Below, piece by piece: positions 18,432 through 27,588 of a stretch of DNA of 37,919 bases. The stretch is taken from the sequence record MK064562.1. One strand, written 5' to 3'. Numbering within the stretch: the first letter of the stretch is position 1; every line of letters starts with the position of its first letter. Made by a program: the position numbers and the translations under genes. The notes under the pieces were generated by a model that was given only the letters and a program-made list of their open reading frames with translations, had not been told where the DNA came from and made no database searches.

Positions 18432-18668
18432 ATGCTATATAAGGGTGCTTTGAAATTCGGTAACCTCGATATAGATTGTAACCCATGTGTGGTCAGGGGT
18501 GAATACTTTTATCAGAACGACCTCCTCGTAGTGTCAAAAGGTATAGTAATATTAAAAAGCGTTGATGATGTTATCGTGATAACCAACCAACGGGTGATAA
18601 GGATACCCATAGTAGCATTACAAACGATACTTACAAACAAAAACATGTTATCGGTGATAGGCATATGA
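18432..18668 (+). CDS. Hypothetical protein
   Basis: 78 aa. Confidence 0.7.
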   Translation: MLYKGALKFGNLDIDCNPCVVRGEYFYQNDLLVVSKGIVILKSVDDVIVITNQRVIRIPIVALQTILTNKNMLSVIGI

Positions 18669-18931
18669 AGTTATTAACTAATGTGGTAGTTAGAGACTAC
18701 GTTACCGGTAAAGAGTTGGAAAAGAAGATGGTATTTGCACAAGTGTTCGAGAAAACGCTAGATAGAGTATATGATGTTGGTATAATCATTGAGAACGTTC
18801 AAGGTGAAGCGTATATTATACAACCCCAACTTGCTATCAAGATAGATGAAGAACTATTGAAGAAGATAAATGAGACTCAGATAACGGACTCATCAATTTA
18901 TATAGCTGAATTCCCGGGGGTGTACAACTGA
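18665..18931 (+). CDS. Hypothetical protein
   Basis: 88 aa; ATGA overlap. Confidence 0.75.
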   Translation: MKLLTNVVVRDYVTGKELEKKMVFAQVFEKTLDRVYDVGIIIENVQGEAYIIQPQLAIKIDEELLKKINETQITDSSIYIAEFPGVYN

Positions 18932-19134
18932 TGCCATCGTATTGGTCTATTTTCCAGTTTATTGAAAACCTATTCTGGTTAATAAAAAATAGAAAACATT
19001 ATACGGAAACGATATCTATGATGATTGACGTTGTAAACCACGCTTTCATTTGTTACGACTATGATAAAATACTTGACAGTGTAAAGGGAGACAAGGAGGC
19101 GTATGAGAGATTAGAAAAGTCGAGGATATGCTAA
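18931..19134 (+). CDS. Hypothetical protein
   Basis: 67 aa; TGATG overlap. Confidence 0.65.
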   Translation: MPSYWSIFQFIENLFWLIKNRKHYTETISMMIDVVNHAFICYDYDKILDSVKGDKEAYERLEKSRIC

Positions 19135-19482
19135 ATGAACGGGTCATATACGCTATGTACGTATCAACTAAAAAGATACTTAAACGCTATGGTAAAGGAC
19201 ATTAAAGCGATAAAGAAGAAGGGCTATACGGTTGTAGGACTCGTATACGATTTCGTTGATTTCTATTCAATCATTGCAATTGCTAATAAGGAGAACGGCT
19301 TTACTTTACAACAGCTGAATGAACTGGAGACGCTATGGGGTATGTTCTGTGCGAGACTGGAAGGGTATAATTACACCGAACCCCTGTGTTATGAGAAATT
19401 TAATGTAGGCACCCAATTAAATACCTGTTGTTTCGGTGATGAGGAGTGCTTAAGTCTAGACTCTATTCTGCAATCTTTGTAA
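19135..19482 (+). CDS. Hypothetical protein
   Basis: 115 aa; abuts the previous stop. Confidence 0.75.
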   Translation: MNGSYTLCTYQLKRYLNAMVKDIKAIKKKGYTVVGLVYDFVDFYSIIAIANKENGFTLQQLNELETLWGMFCARLEGYNYTEPLCYEKFNVGTQLNTCCFGDEECLSLDSILQSL

Positions 19483-19748
19483 TTTTAATAATTACAGCAA
19501 TAATATTAATTGTAGACCCTGATATATATACTATTATTGCTTTTGTTTCATCCGTTATCGGTATAATATATACTACTTATAACCTAATGGTAAAGGAGAT
19601 AGAGAATACTGTGTATCGACTCTACGAACAAAGACTTAGGAGTGACATCCACAACGACATAGAACAAATCATATACCAAGTTTACGAGCAAAAACTAAAA
19701 AATGATATAAAGGACATGATTGAAAATTATTTACGTAATCCTAAGTAA
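19446..19748 (+). CDS. Membrane protein, N-terminal TMs plus 20-aa helical repeats
   Basis: IENTVYRLYEQRLRSDIHND / IEQIIYQVYEQKLKNDIKDM. Confidence 0.8.
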   Translation: MLKSRLYSAIFVILIITAIILIVDPDIYTIIAFVSSVIGIIYTTYNLMVKEIENTVYRLYEQRLRSDIHNDIEQIIYQVYEQKLKNDIKDMIENYLRNPK

Positions 19749-20023
19749 TTCAGATATAGCCCGTAACCCAAGTAAATAGGTAAAACTACCAGCATCATGA
19801 TTAGGTCAAACGTGTACACTGCGTAAAAAGTGACCAGCCCTATTACATTACTTATAATAAGTGTTGAGAGTTTAAGGTTTCGCATTATCGCGAAAACGTT
19901 TTCATACGTTAGCCATACTAAAAATATACTTAATAATATATAATTATGATAACAGTGAAGTATCAGTGCAAACAAAATGTATAAAGCATATGCGAAACGT
20001 ATTTCGTGATCAGTTTTTTGCAT
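19727..20023 (-). CDS. Small multi-pass membrane protein
   Basis: 98 aa, 3-4 hydrophobic segments. Confidence 0.7.
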   Translation of the reverse strand: MQKTDHEIRFAYALYILFALILHCYHNYILLSIFLVWLTYENVFAIMRNLKLSTLIISNVIGLVTFYAVYTFDLIMMLVVLPIYLGYGLYLNYLGLRK

Positions 20024-20318
20024 TGCTACTTACAAAGTCGTAGTGAAAGTTAATAAAATGTTTTGCGTATTGCGATGGAGCGAATTCCCTATTACATAAG
20101 ACGCATTTCACCTTATCTTCTCCCACCTTGTAATATATCGTGATTATTCTGTCAATTGACGGTAGTTTTACGTCCTTATGGATATATTCATAACACCATC
20201 CCCTTAGTCTATGCGTTCGTGGTAGGACGGTGCCATCGCGTTTCTCTACACATTCGTAAAAGTTTTTCAGCATCTCATCTCCGTAGAACGATTTAATGTG
20301 ACATAACTTTAGCCACAC
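20010..20318 (-). CDS. C2H2 zinc-finger protein
   Basis: CVLCNREFAPSQYAKHFINFH. Confidence 0.8.
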   Translation of the reverse strand: MWLKLCHIKSFYGDEMLKNFYECVEKRDGTVLPRTHRLRGWCYEYIHKDVKLPSIDRIITIYYKVGEDKVKCVLCNREFAPSQYAKHFINFHYDFVSSNAKN

Positions 20319-20350
20319 GATATAGCGTTCGGGGAATATGTATTTGTAGT

Positions 20351-21277
20351 TTAGAAGAGTTGCAATTGCTTAATCACCTCTTTAACATAAAATTTTTCAG
20401 CGTGTTTTTTAATTTTTCTCGATAATTCTTCATAATCTTCCCGTTTCATTCCCCTTGCGTATTCCGTCAACTCCAACATTTCCTTTTCATCAAAATAATA
20501 GAAACGATGGGGCATTGCAGGAGTATCAATTACGTCGTAACCCTGACACTTGACGGAGAGACCTATTAACCAGTCCTTATAAGCGTGACACTCCGGGAAA
20601 ATGGGTATCGTACCCACTCCCATAGCCTCAACGGGAGGGAGACCGAACCCCTCACTGTGGGATAACGCTAAGTAAAACCTAGCCCTAGCTAATAACAGGT
20701 ACTTCTCTTCCTGTGTTAGTGAATGGTATTTTATATCCGCAAAAGAATCATGAGATACGAGGACTTTCTTACCCTTCACGAGACGGTAAAGTTTTACATT
20801 CTTTTTATCATATATGACAGTGTCGTTATCCATATACACATAACGTGAAACTTTAAACCACTTTTTATCATTAGTCCTAATATTCGCTCCTATCATTACG
20901 AAATCCAGATCTTTCGTTTTCACTTCCGTTTTACTTATTGTCTTTTCATCTATGGGTCTCGGGACTATCCCGTCAACGTGGACACCGGCTTCCCTTATCA
21001 TCTCTGCGTTCCAACTGGATGTGGTGTAAACTTTACCCTTGAAGTCCGGGAACTTTTTCGTTATGTGAATAGGCGTGTCCACCCATATGATAATGTCATC
21101 TCTCTCCTTGTGGTGCTGAAAACTGTTGAAAAAGTGGTACGCGTCACTTATGTTCAGCTTTCCTACGCTGAACACTACAGGTATCAATGTGTAATCCGTT
21201 AGATTGTTGTTTATCGTTTGTATTATATACGTGAAACTACACGGACTACAAGGTACATGTGTTATAATACCGTACAT
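20351..21277 (-). CDS. GT-B (GT4-like) glycosyltransferase
   Basis: YTTSSWN, ALSHSEGFGLPPVEAMGVGTIPI. Confidence 0.93.
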   Translation of the reverse strand: MYGIITHVPCSPCSFTYIIQTINNNLTDYTLIPVVFSVGKLNISDAYHFFNSFQHHKERDDIIIWVDTPIHITKKFPDFKGKVYTTSSWNAEMIREAGVHVDGIVPRPIDEKTISKTEVKTKDLDFVMIGANIRTNDKKWFKVSRYVYMDNDTVIYDKKNVKLYRLVKGKKVLVSHDSFADIKYHSLTQEEKYLLLARARFYLALSHSEGFGLPPVEAMGVGTIPIFPECHAYKDWLIGLSVKCQGYDVIDTPAMPHRFYYFDEKEMLELTEYARGMKREDYEELSRKIKKHAEKFYVKEVIKQLQLF

Positions 21278-21309
21278 AACTAAGTATCAGAAAAAAGATG
21301 GTAAAAAAA

Positions 21310-21969
21310 CTATGCGAACTGAATTGTAAACGGAACGAGAAGTGTGTTAGGAGCGTTTAGTTTGAATTGTAAAGCGAAAGGTAAAGTTGTGGTTGAGACG
21401 TAAGTGGTACCGGCACTATTCGTAGTATCAAAAGTGATAGTGAAGTTAGTATAAGTGGTAGACGTGGTTTCAAAACATGAAAATAGGAATGTAATGTTAC
21501 TCTGTTGTACAATTACTGATTGTAATGACGTACACGTACCACTAGCGATACTGTAACTCTTATAAGTCCCGGAAAAGCCAAAGTTTAGTATCCTTTTCAC
21601 AAGTCCTACGGGGTCATCTACTATCCATATCCATTCAATTGTATACGTACCCGGTGATAGATAAAGCGTAGTATTTACTTGGCTGGCAAGAAATTGAAAC
21701 CCGTTAAATGTGGCATAAAGTAAAAGGCTCGTGACCTTCATATTGGCTATAAGGCTAAACGTCCCAGTCCAAACAAAATTACTATATGTCATTGTCACAT
21801 AGATACCTTCCATATAAACCGTAGGTTTTGATGACCCGGATGGAGGTGAATTAGTGAACACTTTATAAAGTACCGAGAGTAATGATGTAAAATTTATGTT
21901 ATTTTTTATCTCATATAATACTTTACCTTGCTGTTTTATCCTCACGATACCGTCAATTTTAACTTTCAC
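21310..21969 (-). CDS. Putative virion (terminal/tail) protein, paralog family member 1
   Basis: 219 aa, Thr/Ser-rich beta strands, many N-x-S/T. Confidence 0.75.
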   Translation of the reverse strand: MKVKIDGIVRIKQQGKVLYEIKNNINFTSLLSVLYKVFTNSPPSGSSKPTVYMEGIYVTMTYSNFVWTGTFSLIANMKVTSLLLYATFNGFQFLASQVNTTLYLSPGTYTIEWIWIVDDPVGLVKRILNFGFSGTYKSYSIASGTCTSLQSVIVQQSNITFLFSCFETTSTTYTNFTITFDTTNSAGTTYVSTTTLPFALQFKLNAPNTLLVPFTIQFA

Positions 21970-23063
21970 TATGATGTCACCGTAATCGCTTCAAGAAAAG
22001 TAATAACGGGTTCTGATGATGATGGAGCGGGTATTTGAATGTTAAAATTACCAAATATTTCAAGACCGCATCCTAAAAATGCTTGATTAGGCGGTGCACA
22101 AGCTGAACATGACAAGTTAACCGCTATTAAGCCCAAATTAGTAACCAAAATACCATTAATATATCCTATTTCACTACTACTACTGATCGGGTTATTGAAT
22201 AACGTTAATAATATAAAATATGGTTGTCCGTTACCTGAGATATATACAAAACCGTTTACTTTACTAACGCCTATAGTACTATAGTTTTGTCCACAATAAG
22301 TATTACTTGTCCCCGCACTAGTAATAACTAGAATACCGTTTTGAACCACAGGATAATAACCCGTATTATTATAGAACATGAATACAAGCCATGTAATTGT
22401 ATTATATTGCTGTGGATTCGTATAGTTATTTATAATTTGTATCTCCCATAGGAATGAATATATAGATGAGCTATTTAATGTAAGAGACAAATTTAATTCT
22501 GCAAATATTACAGGTCCATAATATGTAACGTAACTAGTATATGTACCACTAGCACAACCAAAATTAACATTGGGACATCCAGTACCAACGGTAGCATATG
22601 CAAAACTTATATATAATTTTAATTGACTTATAGTCACAGTTGAACCGGGAGTATAAGTTGCAATATAATATATGATACCTGTTGTTGGACTTATAACTTG
22701 TGGAATACCTGTAACTGCAAGATTCACATTAACTCCACTATTAAGTATTATAATCAGTTGACCACTATATGAACCCGATGATACGGCGGTACTTTGTCTC
22801 AAAGCACCACTAATCGTATTGAGAAAATAATAAGCTCCGGCTTGCGTAACTTGGTTGTGAGCAGATGTTATTTTTTTAACCTTATCCACAACCTTTACCT
22901 TTACTCTCGCTATCTCACCCAGTTTCGGACTCCTACTAATCATATCAACTTCCCTAGTTCCGGTACCTTCAATGATATGTAAATTTAGTTTGAGTTTTAT
23001 TTCTCTCTTCTTCATCTTCTTCAACAAATCCTCAAAGTTAACATTTTGAACCTTAACCTTCAT
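21969..23063 (-). CDS. Putative virion protein, paralog family member 2
   Basis: 364 aa; HNQVTQAG, TISQLKLY, FLWEIQI; paired Cys. Confidence 0.75.
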   Translation of the reverse strand: MKVKVQNVNFEDLLKKMKKREIKLKLNLHIIEGTGTREVDMISRSPKLGEIARVKVKVVDKVKKITSAHNQVTQAGAYYFLNTISGALRQSTAVSSGSYSGQLIIILNSGVNVNLAVTGIPQVISPTTGIIYYIATYTPGSTVTISQLKLYISFAYATVGTGCPNVNFGCASGTYTSYVTYYGPVIFAELNLSLTLNSSSIYSFLWEIQIINNYTNPQQYNTITWLVFMFYNNTGYYPVVQNGILVITSAGTSNTYCGQNYSTIGVSKVNGFVYISGNGQPYFILLTLFNNPISSSSEIGYINGILVTNLGLIAVNLSCSACAPPNQAFLGCGLEIFGNFNIQIPAPSSSEPVITFLEAITVTS

Positions 23064-23099
23064 ATAGTTATTTAAGTATCGCTAAAATAAAAATCTTAT
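23064..23099. promoter_or_regulatory. Bidirectional promoter of the virion cluster
   Basis: 36-bp gap with TTATTTAA (+) and TTTTTATT (-) about 25 nt from each ATG. Confidence 0.55.
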
Positions 23100-23792
23100 A
23101 TGAGTAGTACAAATGCGGTTTACAGTGCATTAGTCAAAAACTCCCTTAGTGTAAGTTGGCAAATAATAACATCAACCGGTTCTACAATATCACCCCAAGC
23201 AATAATATTCCAAATAAACTCAAGAACTGAATTTATAATAGTACTCACGGATGATACATTTAACTCTTATACGGCTACTCAAGTCGTGTTATTAATTAAC
23301 GGTTATAAGATGTTAACCATCCCCATAAATATAGTGAAACAATCCTATCAAACACTCGCAATAGCATTACAAGTTACAGTTGAAGCACAGCCTTGGGAAG
23401 CCAACCTAACACAAGATATACTATACGCATTAGTAGGTTATTTGTATAATTGGACGGTAACACAGTGGTATCTCGTAATAAATAGACCTGTCCTAGCACA
23501 CACAACAAGGACTACCACAGCAGTACATACCACATATTATTGTGCTACATCACAAGTTTCATCCATTGGAAGCGGTAGTGCTAATTACTCTGTAGCCACA
23601 ACAACACCATCAACCGTTTTATCACTCTCAATAAACTATTCCCAATGTCAAGCGATCAAACCAACAACACTTATAATCAGTGATTCATTAGGTAACAAAA
23701 ACACTACATTAATATCAGGCATTGAATCAACAACGTGTCCTTACGGTAAATCATGCACTGCAACACTTATTATCCATTTCAACGCATTTTAA
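23100..23792 (+). CDS. Putative virion protein, paralog family member 3
   Basis: 230 aa; SYTATQVVL; Thr-rich. Confidence 0.75.
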   Translation: MSSTNAVYSALVKNSLSVSWQIITSTGSTISPQAIIFQINSRTEFIIVLTDDTFNSYTATQVVLLINGYKMLTIPINIVKQSYQTLAIALQVTVEAQPWEANLTQDILYALVGYLYNWTVTQWYLVINRPVLAHTTRTTTAVHTTYYCATSQVSSIGSGSANYSVATTTPSTVLSLSINYSQCQAIKPTTLIISDSLGNKNTTLISGIESTTCPYGKSCTATLIIHFNAF

Positions 23793-23795
23793 AAT

Positions 23796-24152
23796 ATGGC
23801 ACAAGCAGTACTTGGTATATTGGGATCTATAGGTGGTGGGATAGGAGGAGGACTAAGCGGTATTGCGGATGCCATAGGTAGGGTTGTAAGCGGGATAGTT
23901 AGAACTGTGGGAAGGGGGTTTGACACCATTGCTAGAGCTTTCGGTAAATTCGTTGACTGGTTTTCACGAATCGCGTCACGACTCGCAAGGCTTATATTAC
24001 ATTATTTCCGTATCCTAGCACGGTACTTTTTAGTATTACTTAAATACTCAGCTAGAGTAATGATAAACTTTTACAATAATTTTCAACGTGACCCTCTAAC
24101 TTCATTACAATTTATTGGTAGTATGGCAATACTCATAAATAGTGGTCTATAA
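23796..24152 (+). CDS. Amphipathic-helix protein (candidate envelope-associated)
   Basis: 118 aa; Gly-rich N-terminus, about 11-residue periodicity, Arg-rich. Confidence 0.75.
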   Translation: MAQAVLGILGSIGGGIGGGLSGIADAIGRVVSGIVRTVGRGFDTIARAFGKFVDWFSRIASRLARLILHYFRILARYFLVLLKYSARVMINFYNNFQRDPLTSLQFIGSMAILINSGL

Positions 24153-24562
24153 TGAGCATCCCGATTCCTGATGAAATAAAACCGTTTACAAAAAACATAC
24201 AATTTGATGTTAATTCGCAGTCGTTTATAGTAACGATATCTGCAAAACTATTCTTTTCAACACTATTAGCAAACCAGACAGTAAACCAAAACACGACAAA
24301 TTTCAACATTTTAAATGTCACGAAAGCCAACGAAAAGATTTACGTTTATGTAAAGCCTAACGTTAACCTAACCGACCCTTTCGAGGGGTTTGAAGGGAGA
24401 TTCGTTATTAACCAAGCAAAATTAGATAAGATGATACTTGAGAACGCACAAAACGTAAGAATTTATTATAAACAAGAAAACGATGACCTCTTAATCCTAC
24501 TTGTAGTACCGATGGGTGATATAAGTGCCAAAAGTCCAAGTACTTCTCCAGTTGGCTGGTAA
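24152..24562 (+). CDS. Hypothetical protein in the virion cluster
   Basis: 136 aa; TAATG overlap. Confidence 0.75.
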   Translation: MSIPIPDEIKPFTKNIQFDVNSQSFIVTISAKLFFSTLLANQTVNQNTTNFNILNVTKANEKIYVYVKPNVNLTDPFEGFEGRFVINQAKLDKMILENAQNVRIYYKQENDDLLILLVVPMGDISAKSPSTSPVGW

Positions 24563-25226
24563 AGTAGAAATTGACGCTACGTACAAGAACACAATAAACA
24601 ACTCGTTCATAAATTACCTAAATCAAGCACTCCAAGGTCAACAGCCACTAATTAAATCGTACCAAATATACGAATCTATAAACAACGTTACCGTGCCTGC
24701 AACGATAACTAAAACGACTACAGAGTTAAACCAAATAACGATCACACTACAAGCCCTACTTCAGAACCTCCAGTCCAACAACGTAGACTTGCATTTACAA
24801 GCTGTCCTAACTAACAACAGTCTGGTAGAAATAGCGTCCGTCTCAACGACAGTTCAAGTACTGTTAGGAAAAGCCGTGATAACGTGGACTATAATAATAA
24901 ACATTAACACATTCCAATCCGGTATACTCGTAAACTTCTTTCCCCTATACCAGTTCTTACTGAACTTCTTCACTAACAGTACACTATTAAAACAACAAGC
25001 TCCGCAGATTAACGTTACTCCCACACCGTACGCACAAAATATACAAGGTCTGTCATTTACTATTATTTATAACAACTACCAACAGGGTGGGAATTGCCCG
25101 ATTGTGGTAATGACCCTTTATTACATATTACTGGGTAATACGGTATTGAGTGTTGAGTACGGCTTTATATGTACACCGTCACCATCGCTATTAAACTTCT
25201 TCGAGTTCTCATTAAATATTTCATAA
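24525..25226 (+). CDS. Putative virion protein, paralog family member 4
   Basis: 233 aa; YKNTINNSF, VEIAS, ITWTIII. Confidence 0.75.
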   Translation: MPKVQVLLQLAGKVEIDATYKNTINNSFINYLNQALQGQQPLIKSYQIYESINNVTVPATITKTTTELNQITITLQALLQNLQSNNVDLHLQAVLTNNSLVEIASVSTTVQVLLGKAVITWTIIININTFQSGILVNFFPLYQFLLNFFTNSTLLKQQAPQINVTPTPYAQNIQGLSFTIIYNNYQQGGNCPIVVMTLYYILLGNTVLSVEYGFICTPSPSLLNFFEFSLNIS

Positions 25227-25261
25227 TATATAAAAATGTATAACCAAAGGATTTCATATCA

Positions 25262-25612
25262 TTGACTATGAGACTTTTTATATTCACAATAAAATATAAT
25301 TTCATGCAAGCTGAAAAAATATACCTTATGGAGTTAATTGAAAAAATAAAAAATTTCGCAGACAATGAACCACCGAGCATGAAAACGTTCTCCGTTAAGC
25401 CCGACTTCACGAAAGAAGAATTAATAAACGCTATGATCCGGGTAGGTTTTGAATTAACACACATAGATTACGTGATAAGACATACTACACAAACCCACAT
25501 GTGGGAAATGGAATTCAAACTAAACGAACATAAATACTGTCTTATGACTACGTTCATAATAATAACGGATGGCTCAACAACTGATTATAATATAACTTGT
25601 TACTACAGATAA
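25262..25612 (+). CDS. Hypothetical charged protein inside the virion cluster
   Basis: 116 aa (MQAEK start plausible); composition unlike its neighbours. Confidence 0.7.
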   Translation: MTMRLFIFTIKYNFMQAEKIYLMELIEKIKNFADNEPPSMKTFSVKPDFTKEELINAMIRVGFELTHIDYVIRHTTQTHMWEMEFKLNEHKYCLMTTFIIITDGSTTDYNITCYYR

Positions 25613-25682
25613 TACGTTTACTTATATAGCACGTGATTCATGATAATCATTTTTTTACTCGTACACGTATTTTTACATATGA

Positions 25683-25708
25683 AAGTAAAGTTGAGAAGTA
25701 AAGTTGAG
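25683..25708 (+). repeat. Perfect 13-bp tandem repeat
   Basis: AAGTAAAGTTGAG x2. Confidence 0.85.
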
Positions 25709-25718
25709 GTGAAACTTA

Positions 25719-26708
25719 GTGCAAATCAAGTTGAGGGGCAGAGTACAAATAGTAATAGGAAAGACAAGGATAGCGAAAACAAATGACGTCAGTTCGGATT
25801 TCGCTATCGCACTAGGAAAAACGGTACTTTCAGGCACATTAGGAGGTTACGGTTACGGATCCGGGTTCGCATTACCAACACAAGTAGTAATCGTATTACT
25901 TAACAATAACGCAGTAGTTACAACAATATCAACAAACATAACTAAATTCAACGACCAAATAACAACCAACGGTGAACTAACAAGTGTAACGTTCGTAGGA
26001 AGTGACGCAACACCGGTACAATATACATTTAACCAGCTTGAATTATACACTGTAGTCCAGAACACACTTTACCTGAAAATAGCCACAGTAACATTACAGA
26101 ACCCACTAACAAAAAACATCAACGATATAGTAAACGTAACGTGGACTGAGGAAATAATATCATCATCTTCACTGATAAATTTCACAAACACACAACAAGC
26201 GTGTTCACAATGCTCAACCACATGTAACACGTCAACGTTATCACAAGCGTCAAACACGGCAAGTGTGGTTAACCTCGTGTGGGCATTACTCATAATACCG
26301 AACGCTAATACAATAGTCTCACAAATATCAACCCCGTTGTCAAGCTACATAACACAAGTATACACGTATTACTTAGCAAATAATAAACTACCTAACATTC
26401 TAGGAATAACGAACATTATCCTAACAGACCAATGCCTTAACGTGATAGAAAACGCGTCAATTGTATCACCTATCATAACGTATGGTTTAACCGGAACCGA
26501 AGCCATAGTATCACTCGCAGTGTTCATTACACCCGCACAAAGCGTGTATTACGCGTTACCAGTCTTCACAATACAAGGCGTACTATCTGCGTTTTTAGGA
26601 ATAGTACAAGTACAAAACCCGAGTCAAGTAACAGCAGGTCAAATAAGCATAATATTACAAATACCGTACGGCTCATCAACATTACAAGCATTAAACATAA
26701 ATGAGTGA
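25719..26708 (+). CDS. Putative virion protein, paralog family member 5
   Basis: 329 aa; GTG after GAGGTGA; YTFNQLELY, LTKNINDIVNVTW. Confidence 0.8.
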   Translation: MQIKLRGRVQIVIGKTRIAKTNDVSSDFAIALGKTVLSGTLGGYGYGSGFALPTQVVIVLLNNNAVVTTISTNITKFNDQITTNGELTSVTFVGSDATPVQYTFNQLELYTVVQNTLYLKIATVTLQNPLTKNINDIVNVTWTEEIISSSSLINFTNTQQACSQCSTTCNTSTLSQASNTASVVNLVWALLIIPNANTIVSQISTPLSSYITQVYTYYLANNKLPNILGITNIILTDQCLNVIENASIVSPIITYGLTGTEAIVSLAVFITPAQSVYYALPVFTIQGVLSAFLGIVQVQNPSQVTAGQISIILQIPYGSSTLQALNINE

Positions 26709-27588
26709 TAAAATGCCCGTTACTACCGATTTCATCAATTTAGCAGAACAACTTACACTTAACGGATATAAGAGTACATCCGCATATGTACAAGGTCTCC
26801 AAGTCCAAAGTACGTTCTACATAGTCCTGTTAAATAACGGGAACGTGGTAGCACAACTCCCCGTTTCACAATTCAAGTATAACGAAATAAGCCAAAACGA
26901 GCAAGCACTTGTATACACTGCAATTGACAGTAGTTCAAACACGTATACGTTCAACGAGGTACAATTATGGGCTGGTAACCAATACATTATAACAGATGAT
27001 ATACTACAACAGAGCGTTACGAAAAACCCGGGAATTTCCGTAACCGTAAACGTTGCAATAGAGCTTTCAATAGAGACTAATACTTATCAAGGAACGATCA
27101 ACATAACACGTATAACACCCGTAGGACCTGTGCAAACACCGATCCCGGCATACTCATTCTGGTTATACGTATCGGGTAACTGTCACGCCATATCCACACC
27201 CATCTTCATAGTAAATTACATCATCCTCACGTTACTTATACCAACGTCATTCTATAATAATATACAAAACACGTTGTTCATGCAAACGTATAACCAACTA
27301 AACGTCCCCATAAACGAGTTTAACGGAATCTCACTAATTGCCGTAGCGTTACCTTCAGCGATTATAAATATCGCAAATAGGCTAATCCCGCAAAGCGTGT
27401 CTTATCAATGTACGACCTTACCACCTAATACACCGTTTAAACCTTCCACGACATATTCCTCAACTCTTGTAGGAGCATTCATGGACATGGGAGGAATTAA
27501 AGTACAAGTAATAACAATACTCAATAAGCAACTACTCGCCACAACAAACTATTACATATTTCAAATAGTGGTGATACAAAATGAGTAA
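26701..27588 (+). CDS. Putative virion protein, paralog family member 6
   Basis: 295 aa; YTFNEVQLW, VTKNPGISVTV. Confidence 0.8.
   Translation: MSDKMPVTTDFINLAEQLTLNGYKSTSAYVQGLQVQSTFYIVLLNNGNVVAQLPVSQFKYNEISQNEQALVYTAIDSSSNTYTFNEVQLWAGNQYIITDDILQQSVTKNPGISVTVNVAIELSIETNTYQGTINITRITPVGPVQTPIPAYSFWLYVSGNCHAISTPIFIVNYIILTLLIPTSFYNNIQNTLFMQTYNQLNVPINEFNGISLIAVALPSAIINIANRLIPQSVSYQCTTLPPNTPFKPSTTYSSTLVGAFMDMGGIKVQVITILNKQLLATTNYYIFQIVVIQNE

Noticed and set aside
27062-27080. CTTTCAAT, resembling a Sulfolobales CRISPR repeat end (also at about 8916)
   Set aside because: Isolated matches inside coding sequence with no repeat-spacer periodicity; no CRISPR array or mini-array found
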